This document shows, in pieces, positions 12,301 to 25,932 of a stretch of 64,000 nt of DNA. Each line of letters opens with the position of its first letter. Position 1 is the stretch's first letter. The notes under the pieces are model-generated. The model saw nothing but the letters and a program-made list of their open reading frames with translations, made no database searches and was not told the DNA's origin. A program made the translations under genes and the position numbers. The DNA is from Octopus sinensis (lineage: Eukaryota). The stretch covers positions 1 to 64,000 of the forward strand of contig NW_021834310.1 of NCBI RefSeq assembly GCF_006345805.1, read 5' to 3'.

Positions 12301-13170
12301 ATACATTCTCGTTTATATTTCTAAATTTTTGTAGCGTTTGGAGTGGTCCTGAATTCCTCTCTCCTGATTTGTGTCTTTTTAAGAATGGCTATTTTTCCTT
12401 GTTGTTCTTCCCCGGTAAGATCGGCCAGGATTGCTGTGCTTGAGGTCACGGATTTGGCAGGTCAGGGATTCGATGTTTGTGGATTCGATGTTTGTGGTCT
12501 TTTTTTTACCTCTTCAAAGTCAATATCGAGCCTGCCATTTTCTTTAATGAGTTCTATATTAAGAGAAGAATTGACTAAGTCGCCGATTAAATCCATTTTT
12601 GCATTTGTTAACTAGAGAATGATTAAGATCGTCTGAAAGTTTCTCATGTTCGAATTAAACTGTGACGACTTAGCTAGCCAATTTTTTGGAAAAAAATTGC
12701 TTGAGAGTTGAACTCCCATCAACTTTTGTCTAGGGAAAGAAGCTGAATCGAAACGTACTCTTTAAAAAGTGGTTTACGAGCTCTTATAGTGTCAGTATCA
12801 AAAGACAGATCGTATTGATCAAATAAAAGACAGTCTCTTCTCTCTGCAAAGGCTAGAGCTCCGCACTGCGTGTTGAGCTTACCCGCCATTGCGATAAAGC
12901 GTATATTGAATTTCATATTTTTAAAAAGAACCTTCATACTGTCGAAATCAATTTCTACACACAAGGCCATTTAAGGCATCACTTCCTGAGGTCAATTTTT
13001 TAGCCTATGTCTATCTAAATGAAATAGTTTCTATCTGAAGATTAGATCGAATCCGCTTTTCGATTATTATTATTGAACCAGAAAACCACCGTCATAGCCA
13101 AAAGAAAGAAGAATTCAGCTGATCCCAGCCTCCCTCAGCAGTTCGCGCAGCCTCTCCCGATGTTCCGCCG

Positions 13171-13539
13171 TTGTCCGGTTTCAAGCAAAAACACATTGCA
13201 TCTATTCTGCACGTTAGCCAATCAACAATTTCGAAACAAATAAAAAAAATGTCTTTAAGCAATACAAAGGTACCCAGAAAAGGCAGTGGTGGTCATAATA
13301 TTTATTCTGAAGAAATTTCAAACATGATTTGTTATGAAATTGAACAAAACTCCAAATTGTCACTTAGGAAAATTTCTATTAAATTGAAAAATGAGAGAAA
13401 CTTATCAATTAGTCATATGACAATTAAAAGAATGTTGAACAAGAAAAAAATATATGCCCACAAACCAATAAAAAAACCATTGCTAACACCACGAATAATT
13501 AAATTACGTTATGTATGTCTCAATCTAGGTCCTAGATAA
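13171..13539 (+). mobile_element. Tc1/mariner transposase N-terminal (HTH) fragment
   Basis: IASILHVSQSTISK...ISHMTIKRMLNKKKIYAHKPIKKPLLT; DDE domain absent. Confidence 0.85.
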
Positions 13540-13849
13540 AAAAATGTTAATAAATTGAGAATAATTTTTTTGGTTTAATTTTTACATAATTCAAATTAAT
13601 TATAGCATAGTTTAAGATTTTCTTATGTTTTAGGTCCTAAAATTTAGGAAATGGCACGTAAAAGTAAAGAACAAGAAATATTATTTCAAAAATTAAAATT
13701 TTATATTTTTTAATTAAAAGTCAAATCGATTGAATTATAAATAATTAATTCTGAATAAAATAATATTAGTTAGTTAAATAGTCCTATGTTAAATTCTTTT
13801 GTTGTAATATTTTTTTTTCCAAGAAATAATCAATCGAAAAAAAAACTTA

Positions 13850-16480
13850 ACCAAAATAGCTAATTAAGAGTCAGCAGTGGCTGCACCTCGGATTGCAAGC
13901 GGGTTACCTCGCAAGATTGCGATCGATATCCTCTGGTACAGCCAGCTGATTTCGCGGTGGTCCTTCGTGCCCTTGTTGATGCGCTTCCCAATTTCGGACA
14001 GAAGCGATACTCCGCCCGTCCCTATCACCCCACTTGTCTCCACAGCAATCGGGACAAAGTGGTAATTTGGTGAGAGAGAGGCGTATTTCTTCCGCTTCGT
14101 CTCCTCAGCCCGACTGGAAGCGAAGCCGGGGGAGGACGCAGACTGAGCAACGGTCCCGGGGGCAAAGGTGTCCGCGCAGGTAACGTCCCAAACGAGACAT
14201 TTCCCCTCCGAGAATGGAAAGACTGTCATTCCGTCTGGACGCTTGCCGTCGCCACGGTCGAGGCCGGCAGGCTCCAGAACAGAAGGGAAGCCTGCGGCAT
14301 TGAGGGCCTGTTTGACGACGTGGTTCAGGCCAGCGTGTCTCGGGATACGCCCGGTGCTTAAGCGGCACGAAAGGGGGTGGAGACCATCGGGGCCAATCAT
14401 GTGGCCGCACTTGCACCGGTGAGGGTGGCAAAGGGGAATTCCCAGACGAAGACAGGTCCCGATTCGAGTCGATTCATCATCCAAGAGGAGGCCAGCGGTG
14501 GACAGAGGGATGGCTTTCAACCAGTCTCCAGAATGCGGGTGACAGGCTGCATTCAACGATGCGAGTTTAACTTGATCGGCGGTTCCTTTAAGGGACTTTA
14601 CCACTTCTTTGCAGCGGATGGAGTCCCAACTCCTCTGCAAGTGATCCTCCACGGGGAAGGAAAGACCTGAGGCGGTCCAGGCAGCGAGGGCAGAAGAAAA
14701 TTCAGCCAGTTCAAAACGTTCAGGGGAGCGAAAAAGAACAGAACTGACAAAATTTCTTGATGCCGAGAGCGAAGATAGGTAGCATGGGATAGAAATGTCT
14801 TTGCACGAGCGGATACCGATGCCTCCGAAACGAAGGGGTAACATTGCGCGGGTAAGTAGGTCCCCGCCAAAGTCAACATTAAGAAGCTTCCCAACTGACT
14901 TCCAGATTACGGAGTCCAGGTCGGACAAGAGGTCTGGTTCCCGAAAGCATGGAGACGAGCGGAATAGGTAGGTTAGGCGGGGGATGAATAGGTAATTCTT
15001 TATAAGGAATAGCCCGACATGTGCGCCCAGTTGGGAGATACGCTCCAGTGTTTGAGCCAGCTGGCGTTTTTACGCTCAATGGCGGCGGAAATACCTCGAC
15101 CAGAGATTGGTGAACCAAGGATGACCAGATCGTCCGGGTCTGTCGCAGAGAGACCGACAACTTTCTCGGACAGGGACGTGAAGGCAGGATAAAATAAAGA
15201 ATGATCGAGGGAAAGCAGGGTAAATTCCGACTTGAGCCATAAGGGATAAGCCAATTTGGCTAAAACCGAAATAATATCAGCAACGTCGTTATGAATATTT
15301 TCAAGCGAGCCACCTAAGGTGACATCGTCGAGATACCAGAAATTTAACGGGCACAAAAGCCTTTGAGCAATATGGTCCACTGCGAGGGCAAATAGGAGAG
15401 GTCCCAATGGGTCCCCTTGCTGAACCCCAGACGCTGAGGACCGCAGATTTTTCCCAAAAAGGAGATTCGAGGAACGCGCATAAGATAGATGGACAATTGG
15501 GTAGTGCCGGGCAGCGGGTGTGCACAACTTCCAGGATGTGGTCTCTGCAAACACTGTTAAAAGCGTTGCGCACGTCCAGCTTAACAAGATATGGGATTTT
15601 TGGATTGCCATTGATGACCAACTCCCTCACCCCATGGGCAGAAGCCTCACAAGCACCGCGAACACCGACACCGAACTGATGTGGCAGCAGCTGAGAGCTC
15701 AAATCAGGGAGGACAACACTGAGGATAATTTTTGCAGAGAGACTCCTGAATGTGTTTCCCACAGCGATGGGTCTAATGCCCCCATCACTTTTATTAAGTG
15801 CCGTCAGTTTGGCCGAGAACAGTAAATCGCGTGCAAAAGAGGGATATTTCCAGAGACAATTCTGCTGCACAAGGATGGAATCGAGGACAGGAGGCGTGCA
15901 CCAGATTCCCCTGTCATGGGCGCGACAAGATCCTTTAGGTGTATCGGCTTTAGACCATCTACTCCCCCGCTACTGCTCGGTGGAAATGATCCAAGGCAGG
16001 CTAACACGTCACTGGAGGAAAACAATTCGTTCGGTTTTGCTTGTGAGGGGGTTCACGGATATCAGGTGGGACGGGAGGATGTTTCAACTGGAGTGAATTC
16101 AGAACGGAATCAGTATGCGGGGCAATGGATGCCGTGGATGAAATAAGGCGAACAGCAGCAGAGACATCTCCCTGCATTAGTTTGCTGTTAACTGACCGGG
16201 CTAAGCGTACCCCTTCGTCTTGTTTAAGAGGCCCGCGAGATTTCGCGGTCGAGGGGCGATCTGGCGTGATCCATGATAAGTCGAAGGGTGCCTTTATCAA
16301 CGAACTGCAGCGGTCTTTAATCTGCTGAGCGGCCGATGTCCTATTTACTGACTCCGTTTTACGAGGGGCAGCTCCCAGTGCGATCTTGCGTGGGCTCGTG
16401 GAAAGATCATCGGCGAAAACGAGGTCCCTAGTCGAGTGCATCGGGATCACATGACCTTTGTTTTTGACTCTTACTTGGCG
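13850..16480 (-). mobile_element. CRE-clade non-LTR retrotransposon (RT + restriction-like endonuclease), frameshifted
   Basis: RT motifs GGIRPIAVG, HQFGVG, LDVRNAFN, GVQQGDPLGPLLF, WYLDDVT; CCHH-like HRCKCGH...C...RH; REL motifs [23 protein letters not shown]; split across four frames. Confidence 0.92.
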
Positions 16481-16489
16481 GCTAAATAA

Positions 16490-16654
16490 ATAAATTGAAG
16501 AGAGTGCTACTCTTAGCTCATTAGTCACTACTAAACGAGTTCGATATTTAGATTTCATTGCAGGTAGTGCAGAAAATCCAGTTTCGCATAAAAATGAGGT
16601 AGCAAATAGCAACAAAACTTTCATTGCTTTATTCGACAAAATTAGTTTACACAA
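16490..16654 (-). mobile_element. hAT (Buster/Charlie type) C-terminal dimerization-domain remnant
   Basis: LLLFATSFLCETGFSALPAMKSKYRTRLVVTNELRVALSSI matches the F.TTYLCE.GFS.L...K...R.RL motif also seen at 40600-40720. Confidence 0.8.
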
Positions 16655-19639
16655 TATCTTTATTTGGAATTAGTTTAGTGGGGATAACCCCACTACAATA
16701 ACTTCTAAAATTCGTTTAGTGAAGATTAATAAAAAGATCAAAGACAAGATCGAATCCACCAAAAAGATCATCTTTATATAAAAAAACTGAATCTGTGGGA
16801 TTTTCGGGAGATGTGAAGCTAATACACGAATTAATGTATCATCTATATAAAATACACCCAGTGTTATTTACATCTGGAGTACATTAAAAAATATGAGAGA
16901 CAAATCAATCAGGGTTGTGTGCTTCTTCGACAACAAGCATTTTTAGTGATTTTCGTGGATTACGATATAGCCAGAAAGTAGAGACGCCAAAAAAAGACAA
17001 ATCAAAGACTTAATTTTTCTGGATGTCTGCTAATGATTAATTTTAGTTTTATTTGATCCTTTTTTGATTCTTCATTATTTTTAATAGATTTCCTTTAATA
17101 GATAAATCAGAATAAAGATGGAGTAAAAAAATTCAAAAAGATATAAAAAAAATCATTATAAAATGTCAAAATAATAAGAGATTGACTTTTAAAAAATAAA
17201 ATCAAAAAAATGATGAAAATGATAACACTTTCAAATTCTGTAATCAGGAAATGAAAGTTCATAAAGATTTATTCCTTACAAATCAAATTAAATAAGAATG
17301 TAGAAAAGTACACATAAAATACCAAAAACTAAGTCAACTACATGTATCAACGTGTTAAAATTTATTAGGCTTACCTTTAAAATTAGGTTAACCATTTGTG
17401 TAATGATTTTAATTTTAATAAATATAATTTTTATTTATATTTTCGAGAAGCTTCTCCTACCAATGTCAGTGAGAAATTGAATCACGGCCTAGCCGACAAT
17501 TCCTGAGGTCTCTATAAACTTGGAACTCTCTCTCTGGATTGTCAATTTTGTAAAGAACCATGCCTTTACCGACGACCTGAGTATCAGATAAGATTGACAC
17601 TTTTTTAGTGAGGACAGAAGGAATGTGAATATTGTTCATGTCGATCAAGTTACTGTTTACTGAAATGTGCGATGAGACACCTGATTTGGCATTGGAAATT
17701 GACTTGATGTCCCCTTGCTAAATTCATTTGGGTCTTTCGTTGTTTCTGCGTTGAATTATTTATTGGATTGAGAAAAACTATAAATCAATGTTTTAAAAAG
17801 AGAGAAGAAATATTTTTTCAAGTGTGTGGTTATGGAGGTTTGTTTTCAACTTGTTATTAGTTTAAGTGTGGAACAACAATACTTTAAGTCAAATACCGCG
17901 GAGTAGTCTTGCTTGCTGCAGACTCTAAAAGAACAGCAAAATTTAAACATAGAAGTAGTTAATGTACTAATTTTTTTAATCCTGTAGATAAAGATGGAGT
18001 CGATAAAATCGAAGTTTTTTCGAAAAATATAATACCAGGATTTTCGGGAAATGTCAGACTTAGTACACGGATTTGCGAGGAATTAAGGTATCATCGATAT
18101 AAAATAGCTTTAGAACTATGCGCTCACCCAGTACCACTGATATCCGGAATACATTTAAAAAATGTAAAAAATCAATCGCGTTTGTGTATTTAATTTGTTG
18201 TTATATTTTAGAAAATCCTTTTTGTGGAGACAGTGTAGGGAGTTGTCATCCGTGTTGACATATTCCTGCCATAATTCAGTCAAAGAAGATGTTTTTTCTA
18301 TCGGATTTGTCAAACAAATATGTTTACCAGTACAAATCATTGTATATATTTTTAATAATCAATATTTTAGATTTTGCAAGAATAAAAATCGCTCTTTCAG
18401 GAATGCGCTATCTCTGGCACACAATTGTCTGGAGTTCGCCTCTTGGAAGAGCACAATTACTGGAGAGAATTCAAATAGTAAGAAAGTATTTTTTAATTAT
18501 TTAGTCTGGTCTATAACGAAAAAGGGCTGTGTCTTTAGGGGTTAGAATTGAGAGAGTTGACAGAATTAAGAGATTATTCAAAATGAGTTGAAATTGAGTT
18601 TAAAACAAAAAAACTCTAGAAACCGAAACCTTGATGCAAGGGTGTCAAACGAATTTTGTGCCTTTTCTATTGAGGAATTGGTGACATTGCAAGAGATAAG
18701 TGGCAAAGGATAATGCAGATAAAGTCACAATCGGCCGTGCGGACGTCATCAAAAAATCCAAAAAGCGATCCAAAATCTAAAAATGTTAACAATATCAACA
18801 ATGTCTTATCTTTTCTCGACAATTTAAAAAAAGTTAAAAATTCGTCTTATAGTTACCAGACAAGCCTCTCTAAACTTGCCTACAAAAACGCCTGTAAGTA
18901 ATCCAGTGGCCAGGAGTGTCTACAGGTAACAAAATTTGAATTCTACCTTTAAATGGGAAGACTGTCATAGACTGCTGAATGCAAAACTCATCCGGGGTGT
19001 TTATTAGGGCAATTAAGGTCACTCAGTGAGTAGTAAAAATAATCTGGATAGTCCAAACATGTCAGAATATCTCGAAAAACACGATAAAATTGGTCAAAGC
19101 AGCAAAGTCCATATTAAAACTTAAGTTTACACGTTGACATGGATCATTTCAAAGATAAAATAAAATCTGTCGAGTTTCTAAAATCAAAAAAAACTATTTC
19201 AACGCCTTTATGTTTCATTTTTTGCTTTGATTTACTGCATTTTTGTGTGCCTTTCTCGACTTCCTTCCCTGAAAAACAATCCCTTCCTCACCCCCATCTC
19301 ACTGGGGACTCTTATCTGACTCCATGCAGTAACAATTCTATCCTGCCTCTGGTACGTCGAGTTGGACAGAATATGCAATTACTCCTTTGTAAGTACACCT
19401 TTCATAAACCTTGTTAGACTAGTCAGGAGGAGGCCTCTCACGTGCTGGCTACCCCTAACCCCAATAAGGGTACTAAACCAATTGTAAGTCCTCCATTATA
19501 TTTATAGCTTTCAAATGACAAAAATGGCCGATATTTTATATATATAAAGTCAAATCTATTTTCAATCTCATTTCTCAACAATTCGACATCCCCAGACACC
19601 CGGATGCCCAACTTGTGCTACGTGACTGTCGCCTTCCTC

Positions 19640-21720
19640 CATCGATTCAAAATCAGGACGAGATTGACCAACTGAGGTGCTCCTTTGACCAGAACTAAAT
19701 GACCATCGACCTTCCAGATTTCAAAAAAGTGTTTTTGGAAAAGGCCACATCTCCCTTCTTCGTTTTTCAGTCAATCTGCATGCCGTTGTGATGTCTGGAT
19801 GAGTATTGGGCATTCCCCCCTCATCTCCCTCGTTGCCCTCGAGGCCATCAATTCTGTGCAATAACTTGGCTACATGAAAGAAATAAGGCAATTGGGGAAT
19901 TGTAGAAAAGCAGTAAAAGTATTTCGATTCGGAAAGTGATCCTCAATATCCTCGACTCTGCTTGTTTAGAAGGATGTGGTCTTTATTAGTTATTCCACCC
20001 TTCTAATCGGCAAACACTCAACTGGCCACCATTCCTTGTGATCTTCCCCTCCTCAACTGCTCCTGTGTCACCAGCGAGGCTTTACTGACGGGGAAATCTC
20101 TTCCAGTCATTAAAGTATTTCCAAACTCTCATTTTAAGGAACCAATTGACTTTTCAGTGGATGAGTTTGATGTTAATAGTCACGGGAAACTGCATTTGCT
20201 TTATTCAGGATCGACACCACCATGACGGGCCACTTCCTTTGGGTTGTACAAGCGCTGTCTCTGTGTTGTGGCCCGTATTAAATTCTTTACATTTCAGAGA
20301 CGTCTTTTCAAGATAATTCTCCAAAACGCCCAGAACAGTCATCTTCATAGCTCGGACTCATTCTATCTTATTCTCCTCCTTCTCTGCTTTGGTATCGCTG
20401 CTGCCATTCACGTGTGGGTCTCTGATTGTGTTTTGAGGAATATTCCAGTCGCGGAGAAGTATGGCAACAAGCAGTACAAACTGCTCATTCTAGCATCAAT
20501 TCTGCCTTCTGAACTTCCCCTCGAACTGACTATGGCAGTCAATGCCAGGCTCAGGTCTCTTTCCAAACTGGGTATTCTTCTGAGTTGAGACAAAGGAATA
20601 TTTTGCACTGATTCACACAAAATTCCCTTTGCGGGGAGAACTGGAATTTGTAGTTTTAACAAGACGGGGACACTTACGAGCGAACAACTCATTCTGGCAA
20701 GAGTCAACGGCCTCAAGTTCTCTCCATTGAAGTGAGGTCTAGTAATTCGGCAACTCTCCTGTGCTCCTCTGACTGTCCTGACAATCTCTTAATGGCCATT
20801 GCTTCCTGCAAGTCCCTCTACATTCACAACAACACGGTCGTCGTAGATGTCTTCGAAAAGGCTCTCCTTGAGTTCACTGACTAAATTACCTACAAAAGTG
20901 TAATTTTGTTTGTAATGTTAGATAAACTGTCCCTCCAACGTGGAAGGGGGAGAACGATTCCTCCACAACTCGAGATTGTTCGGAGATTTCATTTTAGTTC
21001 GACTTTGCGTAGAATGACAGTTATTGGTCATTTTATTCCACGAAATTCCAACATAACGAAATATTTCATCGCCGTCAAAGGTGTCCCTGAAGCACTCAAG
21101 GATTGTGTATACGTCCTGTCTAACCATAGTTTGCCTCTATTCCCCCGATTATGACAAGATTGTGAAACAGAGGATGTCCCTCGGTTACCGACTGTTAGCC
21201 ATTGGGTACCGTCTTTGTGATAAATGTCCCCAAAACGACCTTTCAGTCCAGTTGAAGTTTTGTGGATTCGCCGATAAAGTCTGATTCATTCAGCACTGTT
21301 GGCCAGTTACAGCAGTCGTCCCGTCATGTGCGTATTGTGGACTATTCCTTAGGTTATGATGATCACTAAAGACAGTCTTCATACTGTCTGCTACGTCGCC
21401 TCACGACTTGGAATAACACGGAGTGGTCCCAAAGTCCTCGTCAAAGGTTCACTTGTTGTGATATAGTAGATGATGGAGAGAAATTAGTATTCGGGTTATC
21501 TGTCCAGGAAGTAGAATATTCTGAGACGAATTTGGAATGCTTTGAGCAGTCGTGCAGAGAGTTGTCGGTTTGTATGACAGGAAACGTGATTTCCGTAGAC
21601 CTCAATATGCTTGCAATGTCCAATCCGAAGTTATTCAGATTGGTATTGCCTCACGTGTGTGTTTACAAAGACTGACCCACAACAAAAAGTGACCCCATTA
21701 ACCGGGCCACACTCAAGGAG
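19640..21720 (+). pseudogene. ATP13A1: P5A-type ATPase (ATP13A1/Spf1) pseudogene with 23-25-nt introns, truncated
   Basis: PDFKKVFLEKATSPFFVFQ..CLDEYW; IPCDL..SEALLTGKSLP; LPSELPLELTMAVN; IFCT..IPFAG..FNKTGTLT; RRFHFSSTLRRM; AVKGVPE; VFTKTDPQQK. Stops at 19696 and 19789 plus frameshifts. GT-AG introns 20115-20138, 20572-20595, 20898-20921, 21328-21352. Confidence 0.9.
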
Positions 21721-22444
21721 ATGATCTCTGAAATCAGTGGAAAATAGATATTAGTACAAAGCTGGACGCTGCCAGAAATGGCAGAAGGCTTGTAAAACTT
21801 TAACCACAAAACCCAAACTTCTGGGACTGTTCTGAGAAGAAAATGTTACGTGGTCGAAAAGAGTTTTGAGCCTCCAAATTCGTCCCAATCACCAAGAGAT
21901 ATACAAATATCACATAAAAACACTACGATACTGCAGTAGTGATCAATTGCGTAAATAATCATCATCTCCACTGGCAATTTGAGTTAAATGTCGTTCGAGG
22001 TACTACAGTGCCTGGGAGTAGAGTCCACATTCATATGCTGCCTTCCCCAATTTGTAGAGACAACAATACTCGGTTGTAACACTCCCTAGCTGTTCTTGTC
22101 CAGTGTTTTGGAAAACAGTCCACATTGTGTTGTAGAATCCGATGACTACTTGATGGAGTGATTTGTCGCACTGGAAGTTTAGTATTGCGCTAAATTCCCG
22201 GGTGATCTGTCAATTGTCATTTATAACCAACCGACTCTTTGAGAGTAGTCGTGAAATCAAGAATGACAGCAATTTTCAAATAATACAGAAAAAACGTGAT
22301 CAGGTCGGTAGAGTTGTGGAGGATTGACATTAGAATGTCCACTAGTGACCGAATTTGAAGGGTTTTTGTGCTTTGGGCCAAAAAACAAGTCAATTGCCTC
22401 ACTCAATCCGTCGCAGAACATTATCAGTACTTTTTTAACACGTT

Positions 22445-23210
22445 AGTTAGTTAGTTATGTAGGCTGCAATCAGGTAGCGAGACGCGAAGATCGGGCGCTC
22501 ACAGAGATCCCGAATCCCAATAGGCGGAGACAAGTGAGGCGGTCCAGGACAGGGGAAGAGGTCTTCAGGGGTGAAGGAACGGTATGTTTCGAAAATGAGT
22601 GGATGATGTCCCGAGCGAATCTGAGCAAGCTGGACCACGGAGATATCTGCCGAGTGATTGCTCTGAGGAGTGGACCGGCGGGGGGGAGAGTTGAGAAGTT
22701 TGTTGTTTTTAAGCATCCTGATAGCACGAGTGGAGATGTAGTCATGGATTAGTTTATTCGCAGTTTCCCATTGTGGTTGAGAGTATTTTTGATAGACATC
22801 TACATTGATCGGCCAGAGTAGAAATGATGTGTCTTTTGTTTTCTGGAATAGATTTTTTGACTTGGATGAGAAGAATCTTGTATTTCCTGTAGGAATTGGA
22901 GTCCTCTCATCGTCAAATGGTCATCGACCGGAAGGATGCAGGACTCCCAATGGAGATGATCGATGGGAGTGGATGCAAGACAGCCAGTTATTGTGCGTAG
23001 CCCTGAGTTTTGAATTCTTTGGAGTTTTTGGAGGTTTGAATAAGACAAGTTCCATGACCATGCTGGACTAGCATAGTTCATTGATGTTCTGACAAATTGT
23101 TTGTAAACCAAAGTGAGGCATTCTTTGGCTTGGCCGTAAGTTTGTCCAGATAAGGCACGTAGTGCATTCAGTTTTCGTTTGGCTTTGGTGGAAATGAGCT
23201 CCACTAACAC
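22445..23210 (-). mobile_element. I/Jockey-group non-LTR 3' fragment with (TAAC)n tail
   Basis: LNALRAL...VYKQFVRTSMNYASPAW...LQRIQNSGLRTITG...TPIDHLHWE; LAQIRSGHH; taactaactaac tail at ~22445. Confidence 0.8.
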
Positions 23211-23589
23211 GTTTTACTATTGATAATAGCAATTTATGTGATTTAAAAGAATTAACATAATACTTATTTTTGTTTTATCATTGCTTAAATAAAAAATTGA
23301 TAAATTTAATACAAGCTCAGTCGAGCTTGGTTGTTGTATTGCTCGAACTTTCGAATTTAATTTATCCACAAGATATATACAATTCACATATATGAACCAC
23401 AAAACTAAAAGATCTTCCATAAGTCCTCTAAATATCCCGATCTCTCCTCAGAAACAACAACCTCTTACAAATTCTCTTTCCATAACTTTTCCTGAAGAAG
23501 TTCACATCATTTATGAGTCAATCCTCGAAGAGATGCCTGATGTCATAAATGGAGAAACCACTCCAGGAGATTAGTTTTACACAGGGGTG

Positions 23590-23950
23590 ACGCATCTTCA
23601 AAAAAGCATTTGATTCAGTAGATCACGATTTTCTAATACAGATTTTGGAAAAGTCTGGTCTACCTGGATGGATTGTCAAGTTTGTTGAGTCGATTATTAC
23701 CAGATGGAGAGTAAAGCTAAGGCTAAATAGCAAGTGCATTCAAGATGTACGCATCGAGAGGGGGATCCTGCAGAGGGATAGATTGTTCCCATGCTATTTG
23801 TCCCTGTATTAGACCCCTTGAGCCGTTTATTATCTCATAACTTCCCGAAGGTCTTTATGAGGCAAGGAAATCAGAGCACCTTATTTTCGATAAATCACCT
23901 TTTTTTATCGGTGACTTGTAACTTGCCTTGAAAAGTGATGATTGTTTCTT
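23590..23950 (+). mobile_element. R4/Utopia-like RT remnant
   Basis: AFDSVDHDFL..., RGILQ.D.L.P, VLDPLSRLL, INHL; heavily frameshifted. Confidence 0.65.
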
Positions 23951-24915
23951 ATAGAAACAGAGTTGAACCGCGGGAAAGAACGCTTAAACTGGACAAAAGA
24001 ATAAGTGAAATTTATCACCAAATGAGTGTGTCTTCAACATCGCCCCTGCCTGTCTGTACTTCGAAGGGAAAGAGGCGGGCTTGCCTACCTGAATCACTTT
24101 GCGAATAGAGGATGTAGCGACCAGAAGTTCAATTAATATCTTGATTTCAAAAAAATAATTGAATAATCTCAATTCTCATCGCCTTTGGCTACAGTCAGCC
24201 TATCTTCCTCATTGTTGGTAATCAGGTAATCCCGTAATGGAGTACAGCAAGGTGACTTACTGGGGCCTCTTCTTTTTGCTTTTGCCGTTAATAATGTTGC
24301 CAGAAATGTATCATCCGAATTCAACGTTTAGTACTAGATGACTCCACCAGAGGCGGTATATCTGAATCCGTCCTTAAGGACTTGAAAATCTTAATCCCTT
24401 CATTGGACGCCATTATCTCAAAATCAATTCTTATAAATCTTAGATCATAAACATCAGTTACGATTCACATTAATTTTCCGATATTCTTCGTTGCTTCAAC
24501 ACGCTTTTATCCAGCATCAAATCAACACACCATCGAATCTCAAAATTTGGGGCTCTTGCCGCCCTATTTTTATTTAAGAACACTGATGTAAAGACGGTTA
24601 TCAGTCCGTGTCATTCCTAGATTGTCATTAGGACACCCAATCAAGCCAATTAACTTATTAAGTTTGCGATTTATTTATTGTAAAAATGTGCTGTTTTTAA
24701 AGACATGAATAGATTTCAAAAAGCGGGCAGCAATTTGAATGGCTTCTTTTCTATGGAGGAGTTGGTGACATAGCAAGAGATAAGTGGAAAATGATCATCC
24801 AGTCCACTTGGTCTCTCCCAAATCTGACCTTCCGATTAGTTCGTTTCGAGTAATATCCATTGCTACAATCTCGCCAATCAGTGGAGACAAGTCGACTTGA
24901 ATAATCATTTTAAAG

Positions 24916-25932
24916 CAGGGCTGGCCAACCCAAGGCCCGCGGGCCGCATGCGGCCCGCGATGGAGTTTGGTGCGGCCGCCCGCGAGAGAAATTTTGTATG
25001 TAGTTAACCTATAAATACATTCAAGATAATTTTCTTAAGTTAATAAATAAAGATAAATTTTATAAGTTTAATAAATTTTAAAGTTTATCTATTTTGTAGC
25101 TGTTATCAATATGAAGAAAAGGAAAATTTTTGAAGAAGAAAACAGGCAATCAGCAATCATTGGGAAGAAGATTACTTTTTATAATGCATAATTGATTACT
25201 AATGCATGCCATCAAGTCAAAGCATTTTGAATGAAATTGTCATTGTTTGAATGTCAAATAAGAAATGGAAATGATCAACATTTTCCAACGCTAAATCAAT
25301 TTAAAATCAGCCATTGTAAAAATTTCTTCAAGTACGCTGATGAAATAAAAAATCTTGCTGCAGCATTTGACAGTCGATTCTCGGAACTAAAAAAATATGA
25401 GAAAATGTTTGAAACATTTTCTTCTCCATTTCATGTTGACGTTTCTATTGTTTCAAATACTTTGCAGACGGAAATAATTGACCTACAGTGCAACAGTGAA
25501 CTAAGACTTGTTTATCCTACTATATCCAAAATTGACTTTTATAACAAATATGTGACTGCAGAAAAATATCCCAACTTAAGAATTTTTGCACAAAGAGTTG
25601 TAAGCTCCTTTGGATCTACTTACGTATGTGAATCATTCTTTTCGAAATTAAAGTTTAGTAAAAGTAGATATAGATCTTCTTTAACAGATAAAAACTTAGA
25701 AAACCAATTAAGATGTGCAACTAGTAATTGTGAAGTTGATTTGAAAAAATTAAGTGAAGATAAAGAAAAACAGATTTCTCATTGATACGTATAATTGGAC
25801 TGAATGCTATTTTACTAAATAAAATCTTATCTGTGTTGTTTTGATATCTATCCTTAGTATGTATATGCGGCCCGCGGAAAGGATTCATTTGGACAAAGTG
25901 GCCCGCGATGCGATTTGGGTTGGCCAGGCCTG
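24916..25932 (+). mobile_element. Internally deleted hAT transposon (GTF2IRD2/SPIN-like) with TIRs and 8-bp TSD
   Basis: TIRs CAGGGCTGGCCAACCC / CAGGCCTGGCCAACCC; TTTTAAAG duplicated at 24908-24915 and 25933-25940; ORF 25231-25785 with FGSTYVCESFFSKLK...RSSLTD..LE..LR. Confidence 0.93.

Noticed and set aside
9900-12970. Host genes or gag-like ORF1 in the minus-strand frames (10492-9907, 12970-12340)
   Set aside because: Protein-like but no family motif I could recognise, and no consistent splice model; left uncalled
13877-16328. Plus-strand ORFs overlapping the CRE, and similar antisense ORFs at 41389, 45153, 49923, 52859
   Set aside because: Shadow frames of GC-richer retroelement coding sequence with no independent motifs
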